A program made the position numbers and the translations under genes. From positions 1-39,098 of the forward strand of contig JBDRLB010000042.1 of assembly GCA_043813365.1 (NCBI GenBank): a stretch of 39,098 bases of DNA. Direction: 5' to 3'. Below the pieces are notes generated by a model. It searched no databases and was not told the DNA's origin. It worked only from the letters and a program-made list of their open reading frames with translations. The stretch comes from Candidatus Micrarchaeota archaeon. GTDB lineage: Archaea; Micrarchaeota; Micrarchaeia; Norongarragalinales; SBBD01. Of the stretch, positions 8,901-17,000 are shown in pieces; position 1 is the stretch's first letter; each line of letters opens with the position of its first letter.

Positions 8901-9999
8901 GCTCGAACAGGTATATTTGTGCTCCGGAAATTGTGCCCGTTTGTGAAGAGATCAGCAGATCGATGTAATCGCCGTCAACCTTTTCGGTCAGTTCAATGGA
9001 TTCCTCCAGCACGTCGCCGGAAGAGGAGAGCTCGAATTGCTCGGTTTCAGCTGAGAGGTATTTTGCGCTCTCCTTGACCTCGATCGCATATCCCTTCCCT
9101 ATCAAAACATCCTCGAACAGCACCCTTCCAACTGCATCGCTGCTTGCTGCCTGGAGCGTCCTGAAGGAAATGGCATCAAGTAGTAAAACGCGAATGGCTT
9201 CGAGCTGTGCGCCGCTTCTTGAGGTGAGCGTCAGCCTTATTTTACCGTATTTGGAGTTTTCGGGTTCCCCCCCTGCCTTGTCCTTCGCATTCGCTTCCTC
9301 ATTTGACTCAAGCTGGGCGAAGTATACTTCCTTTTCGATGTCGGATTTCAGCAAGCTGATCGGCTTTTCCTTGTAATTGCTTTCGGAAATTATTAGAGTG
9401 GCATGCTCGGGCACATCAGAAAATGTGAAAGTTGCAAGGCCCGAATAGTCGGAAACGCGGGTGAGGCTTTTGCCGTCATCGAATTGCAGCCTCACAGCCG
9501 CGCTTGCTATGTAAAGCCCGCCCACATCGGTCACATATACGTTGAAGAGCTTGTCGTTCTTCCCTGCATCAAGTATTTGCGAGAGCTTAATTTCCTTTGT
9601 TGAAAGGGTGATTGATTCGGATACATCGGCATAAATCATATTCGGATCCGAAATCTCAACCCGGAGGTCCGCATTGGCCGGAACCTCCTTAAACGTCACT
9701 ATTCCATCGGCGGAACTTTCCCCGGTGCCAAGTTCGCGATCGCCGTCGTAAAGCACAACGGCCATATTGGGGATGGGGTTTCCATCGGAGGTTTTGATTG
9801 CCAAGGAAAGGGTCTGGGGCCTTGCAGTAAGTTGCGGCAGCAGGAAATATGCAGCAAGAATGATGATGAGAATCAGCAATGCGGGGAAAATCACCCTCGG
9901 GGAAGGCACTCCTTTCTCTTCCATTTGGGCCATGAGATCCTCATAGCCGTCCTTCAGCTTCTCGAGGAACGAGCCCCCTGCTGCGCCTTCGGAGTCCAT
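2959..9999 (-). CDS. giant (2346 aa) N-terminally membrane-anchored surface protein with beta-sandwich repeats, Y/S/Q/G-rich loop and M23 metallopeptidase domain
   Basis: One TM helix (VIFPALLILIIILAAYFLL). Repeated carboxypeptidase-regulatory/Cna-B-like units (G-PI--A-V-L...D--G-V-F). M23 motifs HQGID (H1900, D1904), YGNTV, YTLYGHL, IVGVMGNS and HLH (H1993, H1995). Confidence 0.9.
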   Translation of the reverse strand: MDSEGAAGGSFLEKLKDGYEDLMAQMEEKGVPSPRVIFPALLILIIILAAYFLLPQLTARPQTLSLAIKTSDGNPIPNMAVVLYDGDRELGTGESSADGIVTFKEVPANADLRVEISDPNMIYADVSESITLSTKEIKLSQILDAGKNDKLFNVYVTDVGGLYIASAAVRLQFDDGKSLTRVSDYSGLATFTFSDVPEHATLIISESNYKEKPISLLKSDIEKEVYFAQLESNEEANAKDKAGGEPENSKYGKIRLTLTSRSGAQLEAIRVLLLDAISFRTLQAASSDAVGRVLFEDVLIGKGYAIEVKESAKYLSAETEQFELSSSGDVLEESIELTEKVDGDYIDLLISSQTGTISGAQIYLFELEGKQLPKKLISSADGKASILVKQGNEYYITAYASGYLPASITASASTQQQKIMLEKQNDENSADLEITVLEDGEPSESAEVALFKSDGYFLGMPAGSTDFDGKVTFRIPREIEGSSYKLLATASREASVGRSAIISSEGVENLLINLVSAPANMDVVLVDAITKAKLTAGKVTAQTDAGDMLGECEIAEWRCAISNIPSNIEFYLVGLSPKYLKTTSDHYILSPKEFRQMQLNLVSEKDATSVSAAFIGIFKSGEEVKELGNGETYYAKFIVTFPSAAEIAGFHAHISPTNGILKLLEIDSAAQSLFTSSRYSPDTCYSTTDGNGTINSVDLVFPRGTAGTKEIAIKFSVSHDATASSPVTFFYKAYSEKKGVVISYPESEDLLVEDSVEPLDLVRRMCANGNKEVQIKVTDSPLICNADGSFCRRITLKASSTDIPLGTEFTVNFEVLSEEPIISLSVINSNLELASATAGTGLADEPSVTQQAGEQSADIAIPSNIRTSGSIKLKAIKAGTTELLLAFKSENHVYSYRQNLRISGENIMRAAISPSQFNVGEEKRPRVSVYDSSDNPITDAIVMLYDCDRAPLSAEDLQLAGTNERGMGLDGIYQFSLTPATTGKIGLKVFHPKYRTIDRCDLNVEITDDALRVSPQSLQFIGDSSSTIEERSISITSSFTDKSDLSIISTCGNQETPVLYAFPNYVQNFKGSSEIKIGVLPDVSATTNCQLIFEQAITSRSTIRTSIPVRVNVKSSRVSDLESNDFAALPSVINLRLDENGFADVMYSGGNIGEISFCDIQAKDDFLVTADCTGSLVHISADYSAESLNKTFRQRGKLQIRTSDQQLRTFSIIVTAPDAPTLDASTKIIRYNNLPVLPNPVTFYLDPYTRRFDNFYSLGVFEEPVIGCSIQDAEFGITTEFCGPEEQRIHVVADFTGNDVYNRLLQRIYGSNPACMLYFQQQGGYYGSGYSNQYSGYSQYGSSAYSPYSQYGASPYQSYSQYGSSPYQQYSYSSIDQTGFGSYPVPQYRNGYVGYQNYPQMNSLQSPYPYPQPYYGQNNLMYDYSLSQIYANPTIDSGYSWDRCNAASFDVPLLITLRSGRTRTVPIRIMARGMPRTQQQRFQTSNNEEWESQEIQLDPYTLTRYAAYDVPLGQQSNLGFPQCKVATDSSFFKQVTENTQISAGQQYVPSKIGKLAPAFKMDKCSESSGVFKVEGFADGSGIAASSRSASGALNDKSDLYLDIYYPAGVHKLAPIILKLGEVSEYTLEPISSNLQFIVTDAKPSFEAEFKDTNSIFTEGTCAISGFENAAADTGLLGDFRSKVMIQAGFEKEKYSLGDDGTYAKAEKDAQNAVSLATVPETAGTISCKAKKSDVSAKLWVASFRGSYEYDLDGLAFSTSISPEMGKLMADAGKSIACEVTSQSFSNSFKNNAQGNAKCTLENGAIQASVDYGSILTGEEKGSIEKNGLKDTLTLKLSSVTDNPKSRLKQKQISRPLADIRLIMNKKGVEEAYAIIDNYRYSLSTPLDSVCFLADRQNRQHQGIDIVGTPDADGKARVYAPFAGEVVSARMREDCYGNTVIMRHSVAGEPDFYTLYGHLAEINVRIGDKLSKGSIVGVMGNSKGKDCNEEIGLHLHFQTCSQYDVSADFLSECFHPCAKGICPDAPNGITPYGCNVCSNTNPLGGPDDSEFCRNRNVAPDASATIPQAPDVTRETCEKLIEGSDKTIGIVLNLDDSKKLRVADICINPQAGIAAGQREFALNEKIPIRYSVPADYTRAAGARDYLVIYLQNKDTDKVLDPEKIEISISGGAHEIAGPASPATYLLIAGVNDAGQVLWDGDEGKPFGSLTFGVFDPEDMKTNLFSITSCKLAGFSTWIDSGVEFKLKFNKPLAEADRQIEAAGKKESITFGVKTYCLNDPDPTDSRNNEKIWGNQLDLLKQGKEISLPLYYNWEQEDVDKCKDKIYVKLISYPVNYLPEEQSSLVPCS
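5893..5991 (-). repeat. 3 x 33-bp tandem repeat encoding YSQYG[S/A]S[A/P]Yxx
   Basis: YSQYGSSAYSP / YSQYGASPYQS / YSQYGSSPYQQ inside the low-complexity region of the 2346-aa protein. Confidence 0.85.
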
Positions 10000-10131
10000 G
10001 CTTAGATAGATGCATAAAACCGTTTAAAAACGTGTTTATGGGTAGCTAAATCTGCAACGGAAATAAACTGCCCCGGATATGCTTTTCTGCGACTGTTTAA
10101 ATATTCTCACTTCTAAAAATACTTTCCGTTT

Positions 10132-10272
10132 AGCCCCGTCGTCTAGACTTCCGCCGGTCAAGGATTGGCGGATTGAGGACAATGGTCAAGGATAGAGGCC
10201 TCTGGCCTCCTTTTCCCAAAAGGGAAAGGAAGGAGAAAGCCTTTGACGGCAGTTCGAATCTGCCCGGGGCTA
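10132..10272 (+). tRNA. tRNA-Gln(CTG) with two introns (15/16: 10147-10182; 37/38: 10206-10237)
   Basis: Spliced form: AGCCCCG TC GTCT AGTGGTCAA GGAT A GAGGC CT-CTG-GA GCCTT TGAC GGCAG TTCGAAT CTGCC CGGGGCT A. Both inserts form hairpins with a 4-bp central helix and a 3-nt 3' bulge. TTTAAATA box at 10096-10103; CCA not encoded. Confidence 0.93.
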
Positions 10273-10383
10273 TTTCGATTTTATTTCTTTTCGATTTTCA
10301 AAGGCACCCTTGTTTCTTTTGCGGCGCCTTGCGCTTTTCTTTTAAAAGAAAAGCAAGGCAGGGGGATCTGCCCGGGGCTATTT
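10258..10383 (+). repeat. 18-bp direct repeat of the tRNA-Gln 3' end (10258-10275 and 10366-10383), att-like
   Basis: ATCTGCCCGGGGCTATTT occurs twice, 108 bp apart, and each copy is followed by a similar T-rich tract. Confidence 0.85.
10310..10359. repeat. dispersed palindromic repeat element, copy 1
   Basis: TTGTTTCTTTTGCGGCGCC-TTG-CGCTTTTCTTT-TAAA-AGAAAAGCAAGGC forms a hairpin; both arms recur at 33917-34017. Confidence 0.75.
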
Positions 10384-10446
10384 TTCTATTTTATTGGTGA
10401 GCCTCGAACATCGGTATTTTTATTCGGGGGGCGCCTACTTTTTCTC

Positions 10447-10992
10447 ATGAAACTCGGCTTCCTTGATTCCATATTCAATTACGCAGACGTGTACGAGGAT
10501 GCGGTGAAGGCAATTGATGCGAAAATACCTTCCGTAAATATGGACAGGATGACTGCGCCCCATCTCCTGAAAATCCCCCTGTTTTCCAAAATGCTCTTCA
10601 GAAACGGATGCGATGCAATAGTGGTTTTCCTCACGATGCTCCCGGAAGATTCGGCGGAGCTGGATTTGGTGCATGAAAAAATAATCGATCTGGAAGTTGC
10701 GGAGGGCAAGGGCGTGTTCTTCTGCATAATTTCAGGAGATGAATTCGACAACGAGGGCCAGCTGAAGGAGATGATGGCGCAGCGGCTTGGGCTGATTGCG
10801 GAGGCGATTGCAAAAATAGTTGCATCCCCAAGCTCCCTTTCCGGGGATATCGCCAACACGGACCTTACCAATGCAATGACGATGTTCGGCGCCCCGGCAG
10901 AGCAGGCACAGGAACAAAAGGCCGAACCGGAGCCAACAGAGGGGCTGCAAGAGCTGGATCTTGGGGTCGATAGCTCGAAAAGCCTATTTTAG
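10447..10992 (+). CDS. hypothetical acidic protein (181 aa)
   Basis: ATG 10447 (MKLGFLDSIF...). The upstream extension of the listed ORF overlaps the tRNA and is not credible. Confidence 0.75.
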   Translation: MKLGFLDSIFNYADVYEDAVKAIDAKIPSVNMDRMTAPHLLKIPLFSKMLFRNGCDAIVVFLTMLPEDSAELDLVHEKIIDLEVAEGKGVFFCIISGDEFDNEGQLKEMMAQRLGLIAEAIAKIVASPSSLSGDIANTDLTNAMTMFGAPAEQAQEQKAEPEPTEGLQELDLGVDSSKSLF

Positions 10993-11000
10993 AAAAAGGA

Positions 11001-14000
11001 TCATACCGGTTTGCACGCCGAGCCGGTCTTGTAGGCGAAAACAGCAGGGTATTTTGTAAGGTCGTAAGGCCCATAGCACGCGTTCTTTGATATTCTAAGT
11101 AGTGCCCATGACAACGAGGACGATCTTGCGGACTTAAACAGGGTCCAGACTGTCCCGATATCCAGGGCGTCAGCTTGTGAGTCCGGATATTGGTAGAAAT
11201 TATTCCCGGTGGGGTAGGAATTTTTCACTCCCGCATAGTGCTTGGTGAAGCCGTCAGGCACAATTGGCCATTCCCAGCTCAAGCAATAATCGCGGTAGGT
11301 GGCTGCGGGGAATATTTCATTGGCAATGTAGGCTCCGCGGGAGGCCCTTGCAGTGATGGGGATGAAGAGGTTGCAAGCGACTTGAGGGCCGCAATAATCC
11401 TGCCCGGGACCTACTGCGTTCGGATAGTTCTCGGAGATATAGAGCGGGCTGATCTTCAATGGCCTCTGGGTTCCGGGAATCTCGAAATCCACGCCGTTGG
11501 TCGTTTCCGTCTGCAGGAGATAATTGCCGAGCCGTACTTTGCACTGGGTCGGCAGGCTTGAAATGCCATCAATGGCATTGTCCTCTATGAGGTTGAAATC
11601 CGCGGTGTCAGTCATCTTATTGAAAACGATGTTTGCGCTTAAGGGCATCACTGCAGAAAATTTGAAGGAGGTCGACTCCGGGTCTGTGGCAAAGTACTTG
11701 TAAGGTTCGGAAAGGCTTTCGGTTCCCGAAGGTGCAATCTCAACTGCATAAATTGCGGATTGATTCTGCCATTCGTACGCGAAGCCCGCAAGCTCCTCAG
11801 TTGCCTTTGTCCCGTCGGGCCGGCATTGGCTGCAAAGCTCCGGATCGCAATAATCTCCCGGGTTCGCAGATCTTGGCCCGCATATTTCGACGCACGAGTC
11901 GCCTCCTGCAGGGCAGGCGGTTGTGTTCCCGGAAGCATCGGTATAATTCTCCCGGGGCTCGATTATCGCACAGTAGTCCGCCTTGTCGGATATCCCGCAG
12001 ATGTTGGTCTCATCCGGATCCTCAGGAGTGCAGCGCTGGTCACATATATCAATTCTCGCCTGGTCGGTTGTTTCCGGCTCGCCGTATTCGAGCCCGTATG
12101 TGTCATAGCAGAACAGGCATGCGACATCCAGCTCATTGACTATTCTCGTGACTTTCGCCCAGTCCTTCTCGGATCCCCTGCATACTGCCGGATCAAGAGT
12201 GTCCTGCGTGTTGGGATTTTGTTTAAGGCAGTAGATGGTGTTTGCAAAGCTGCGCTTGAATGCCGTAGCCTTGGCAACCTGCTGCGCTTTTTTCTGGAAG
12301 GCTCCAATTAATTCCTTTGCGTAAAGGCGCTCGTAATCCTTATTGAAATCGGCGCCGCAAATGCTTTCGCATGCCGACCTGATGGCGTTTGAGGCTTGGG
12401 TGCAATCCACTGCCGCCTTTGCCCATAATTCCTGGTCAATTTCATCGCATTTTTCATTGCTTATGCAGTCTTCAAAGTCACGATCCAAGTTCCCAAAGCA
12501 GGCATCGCGTTGGGAATAGCAGTTATAGTCAATGCCGCACCAGTATTGGCTGCACGAGCGTTGATCGCGGTGCAATTGGCCCCCGCACTCATACCAACAT
12601 ACAGAATACTCGCCAGCGCTTTCTTTCTTTTGGATGCACGCATTGTAATTTAGGTCGAATTCAAAGTCGCATTTTTCATTGCACTCGGCCATATCGGCCC
12701 TTATTGACGGAAGGTCGACGGATTGCTCCGCTTCGGAGATGAGCATCTGCGTCAGCGATTTGGAAGATGGCTCATTGGAGGAGATGACTGCAAATGGCAC
12801 GGGGTTGTAGTCGAAGGAGGCCTTGTCCGGGTAGAAGGCAACGCTAGGTGCATTCGTGCTGTTCCACGTGAGCATATCGGCTGTTTTTCCGCTGCTGCCG
12901 AAGATGCTCGCATAGCCGTTGTCCCTTGCATAAACGCCATTCCTTTGCGAATAGGTGCCGACAGTGATTTTCGGCTGGGAAAGCTGTTCATCCATGCCCG
13001 GCATGAAGCGGTTGTTCAGTGCGTAAACAAGCTTCAGGCTGGGGCTTTCCGTGTCCTGCCCGTAATATGATTTGGGCTTGACGAGGGGATCCTTGTAGGG
13101 GGTGACGGCGAAATCATAGGCGGTTATTCCGCTGGAGACGAGGGTGAAGTTCGCTACGGTTATGTTGATTATTTTCTTCGGGGAAGTATCCGAGGCGAGG
13201 TAGACGCGCATTGCGATTTTCGCTCCCGGAACGGAATTCCCAATTGGGGAAAGCGGGCATCCATTACGGGTGGGCCAATACCTCAAAGCGGAACCTCCAG
13301 GAGTGTAATCGTAATCGAAGCAGCTGTTGTATTTGTTGAAATCCGTGTCGTCGCCAAATCGGTAGCCGAGGAAGGCCATCCGGGATTCGCCATATAGCCC
13401 GGTGTCGTTCAGGGGTATCGCATCATACGGGAAAATGCTATCCACCTGGAAGATTATGTTCGTGCATGAGGATTCCACAACCGGATCCGGTATCCCCTCG
13501 AAGAGGGTGCGCTTTAGCTCCAGTTTATTGCATGCATACATATTGGGCAGCTCCGAAGGGTAGGTTGGAAGCGTATTGTACCTCACCATCACATATGGCT
13601 GCAATAAGATCGGCTGCATGCTGGAGTTGTGGGTATAATTAAGGGTGAGCAGCAAATTGCCGCTGGGTTCGATCGGAGTGAATGTGAGGATTGGGGAAAG
13701 GTCGGATTGGGAGCTGATAGTTGCGGTTATTACTGCAGAATTGGGATCCAAATTGGTGATGCGGCTGCCGATTTGGAGGGCATAAGGCCTGAGTGACGAA
13801 ATGTCGGAAATGGTTATTGTGAGGGTGCCGGGTGTGAAGCGGTACATGTTGTCCGTAATTGTGAACCTGATTTGCAGCTTCCCTTCGGTGCAGTTTGTGC
13901 AGGGCTTGAGCGAATGCACGATAAAGCCCGAGCCGCTGGTGTTGGTGGTGCAGAAAAGCGTTGATGGAGGGCCAGTATAGCCCCTTTTGCACTGGTATTG

Positions 14001-17000
14001 CGAGAATTCCACCTTCACGCATGCTTCGTTGTTCTTGTCGCATAATCGGTTACCGTAAACGCATTTGTTGTCTGTCAATGAGCATACATTATCTCCGTTG
14101 CATTTAGGGTAGCTGTCACAGCATGCGGACCCCTCGTTCCCGCAAGCACGGCATATTCCAAGGCTGCTCGCCTGCTGCAGTTCGCATACTCCCCCAATAC
14201 ATAATTTCCCGGGCAAAGTCAGGCTGCAAAGCTCTCCCCTCCCGCCGAATTCGCACATCGGCAAATTCGAGATGCAGTCCCTGCAAACTGGGAAACCTTT
14301 GGAGCCAGCGCCTCCCAAATTGCCCGCGTCACAGTACTGGTCGAATTTGCACGAGGGGCAGATTACCTCGGCAGTGCATTGCGAATAGGGAACGCATTGC
14401 CCTCTGGAGGAGGCATCATTGCAGCAAACTGTTGCGCCGGTGCATCTCAATGCCGGGGAGGAGGAGCCGCACACTTCGGCAGTTTTGCATGTCCGGGAGT
14501 TTCCGGAAATTACGCATTGCAAATCCGGAAGGCATGCTGTTGCGGTGTTTGCATCGGAATAATCGCAGCATTCCTGATTAATGCCTCCGCACGGGATGCA
14601 AATGTTGGAAGAAGAGCATGTGAGCCCGGAATCGCATTCGTTCGCCAGCCCCGAGCAGCAGAATGCATTTTCCTTTCCGCAGATGGATCCCCTCGCATCC
14701 TTGCAGATGCCATTTGCGATGTTAGAGGAGGAGTCGCAGTATTTCTCATCCGGAGGGGAGCAGGCGGGGGAGCATTCGCGGATGTCAGCAGGATGGCACG
14801 AAAGTACGCATGCCTTGATGCCCGTTCCGGAATTGAGGCAGCATACGGAATTGTCTGAGCATTGGTAATTCGTCGAGCCGCAGCTCGTGGGGTATGTACA
14901 AAAACCTATTGAGTCCGATTCCGACTTCTGGCACTTCCATCCCTGGTTGCAGGAATCTATTGCACCGCCTTCAATACGGGAGATGCAGCATGCCTCCCCG
15001 AAACTGCCGCATGCGTTCAGAACATATGTTTTATTGTAAGTGGCAGCAGAACACCAGCCGGTTGCATTGCCCCCTGCAAATCCCAACTTATTGTCCACGG
15101 GATCGCGGATGAATTCAGCGTTTGAAACCGAATAGGAACGGTACTTCACAGCCAGCTTGTCGGATGCGATCCTGGTTGTAATGCGGAATTTCAGCACCAG
15201 AACGGAGGAGCCCCTAAAGCCGTATTCCGTTTCAAGCCAGGAGGCCGCATCATATGCGCCCGTAAGGGAATTGTAGTCGGTTCTGCATGTTTCCAGGTTG
15301 CTGAGGCTTCTTGCAGCCCGCAATGCAATTGGTTGGTAGCCCCCATATGAGTAATTCGTGAAATACGCTATTTCCGCACCGCCTGCGCCCTCCAGGGAGA
15401 GGAACATGCCATTCCGTTCGGATGATTGCTTGCTGTAGAGGTTGATCTTGAGCAAATAGCTCTGGTCGGTTGTGAGCTCCGTTACGGCGCCGTCATTCAT
15501 GTCCGTGATTCCGGCAAGGATGATTTCGGAAATGATTTTTGAATCCAGCCTGTAGAGCAATGCGGGTATGCGGGTGGAGTTGTTGGGGTTCGCTTTGACA
15601 TTCCCGGTCGCATTCTGATAGTTTTTCGAGTAGACAACATAGCTGAATTCCTTGTCGGCCCTCGCATCAATGGTGCATGAGCCGGCTGTTGCAGTGCAGC
15701 TCTTGTAAAGCGAATTGTTGCGTTCGTTCTTATAGTAGAGGAATGCATCGAATTGCGAAATAGCGGTCGTGTTGTTCTCGCGGTCATTTGCGGAAAATTC
15801 GATTGTCCCTGTCGGGGCGTAAAGCGTGATGTTGAGCTCAACTGCGGAGCCGGAAAGGGTTTTGGTGGTTTCCCCTGCATTGGGCTGCTTCACCGCAATA
15901 ATCCTGAATTCGCCCTTCGGGAAATTCCTGAAAATCGCTTTCCCTTGCGCATTGGTTTTTTGGTCGTATGGCGGCACCTGGTATTCATCGGGATCGAAAA
16001 ATGCAATTGTTGCATCCCTGATTTTCAAGCCATCCTCATTTGCAACATTGATCGTTAGATTGAGGGAATTGCTTGCATCCGCCTTTATCATCGTAATTGT
16101 TTTCGCAACACCGCCTGCGAATTTCATCGTCCTTCCCGGAAGGTAGCCGTCCTTGAATGCGGTGGCGTAATAGATGCGGTTGTCAAATGCCTCTGAACGC
16201 AATTCCGAGGAGGCTCTTTCAACTTTCAGGAGTGTGAAATTCATTTCGGAGAGCCCCTCCCAGAGCCGGATTTCAGAAACAAGGGCAGAATTCCTCTCAT
16301 CAACAACCTTTATGGTGGCAATGGAGCTGTTGACAGTCGAAGCGGATTTCTTCAGCCGCATTGGAAGCGTTGTTTTGCCTGCGACAAGCGTCTTTTCCTT
16401 CACTGCGGGCTCGTAGCCATCCGCAGTTGCCTTCACCCTCAGCTTTGCGCCTACTTTGAAATCATCGGTATCGTACATTCCATAAGTGGTGCTGGCGGTT
16501 TTAAGCAATTCGCCGCTTGCCGCATCGAAGATGAGGAGATCCGCCTCGAGGGCCGAGCCGTCCGCATCGTCCTTCACGGTGATTTCGAGCTGCGAATTAT
16601 CGGAAGGCTGGGGGGTGGGGGATGCTTCCCTTTTCTTCAATATGACTTTTTTCTGCTTCCCTTTTTCGGGAAGGTAGGTGATTTTCGGGCTTGTCTCGTA
16701 CCCGGAAAGCGAGACCTGGATCGTTACATCCGTGCCCGAAGGCGATTGGAGCGCTGCGATTCCGTTGGAACCGGTGGCTGCGGTGTCCGCAACTTCGCCA
16801 TCCTTTCCATTATAAGAGTAAGCAACTGTCGCGCCCCCGAGCGGTGCATTGGAAAAATCAACTACGGCAACTTCGAAACCCGCTCCGCCGCTCCCGGGAG
16901 TGAGTATTATTTTCAATAAGGGCGCGCTGCCTATTTTGAACGATCGCTCCTCATCCCCAAAGCCCTGCTTGCTCACGACGATTTTTGCATCCTTCCCTTT

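Noticed and set aside
10243..10446. N-terminal extension of the 249-aa ORF and ORF 10173..10400
   Set aside because: They overlap tRNA-Gln and the repeat element; their apparent peptide repeat only reflects the DNA duplication.
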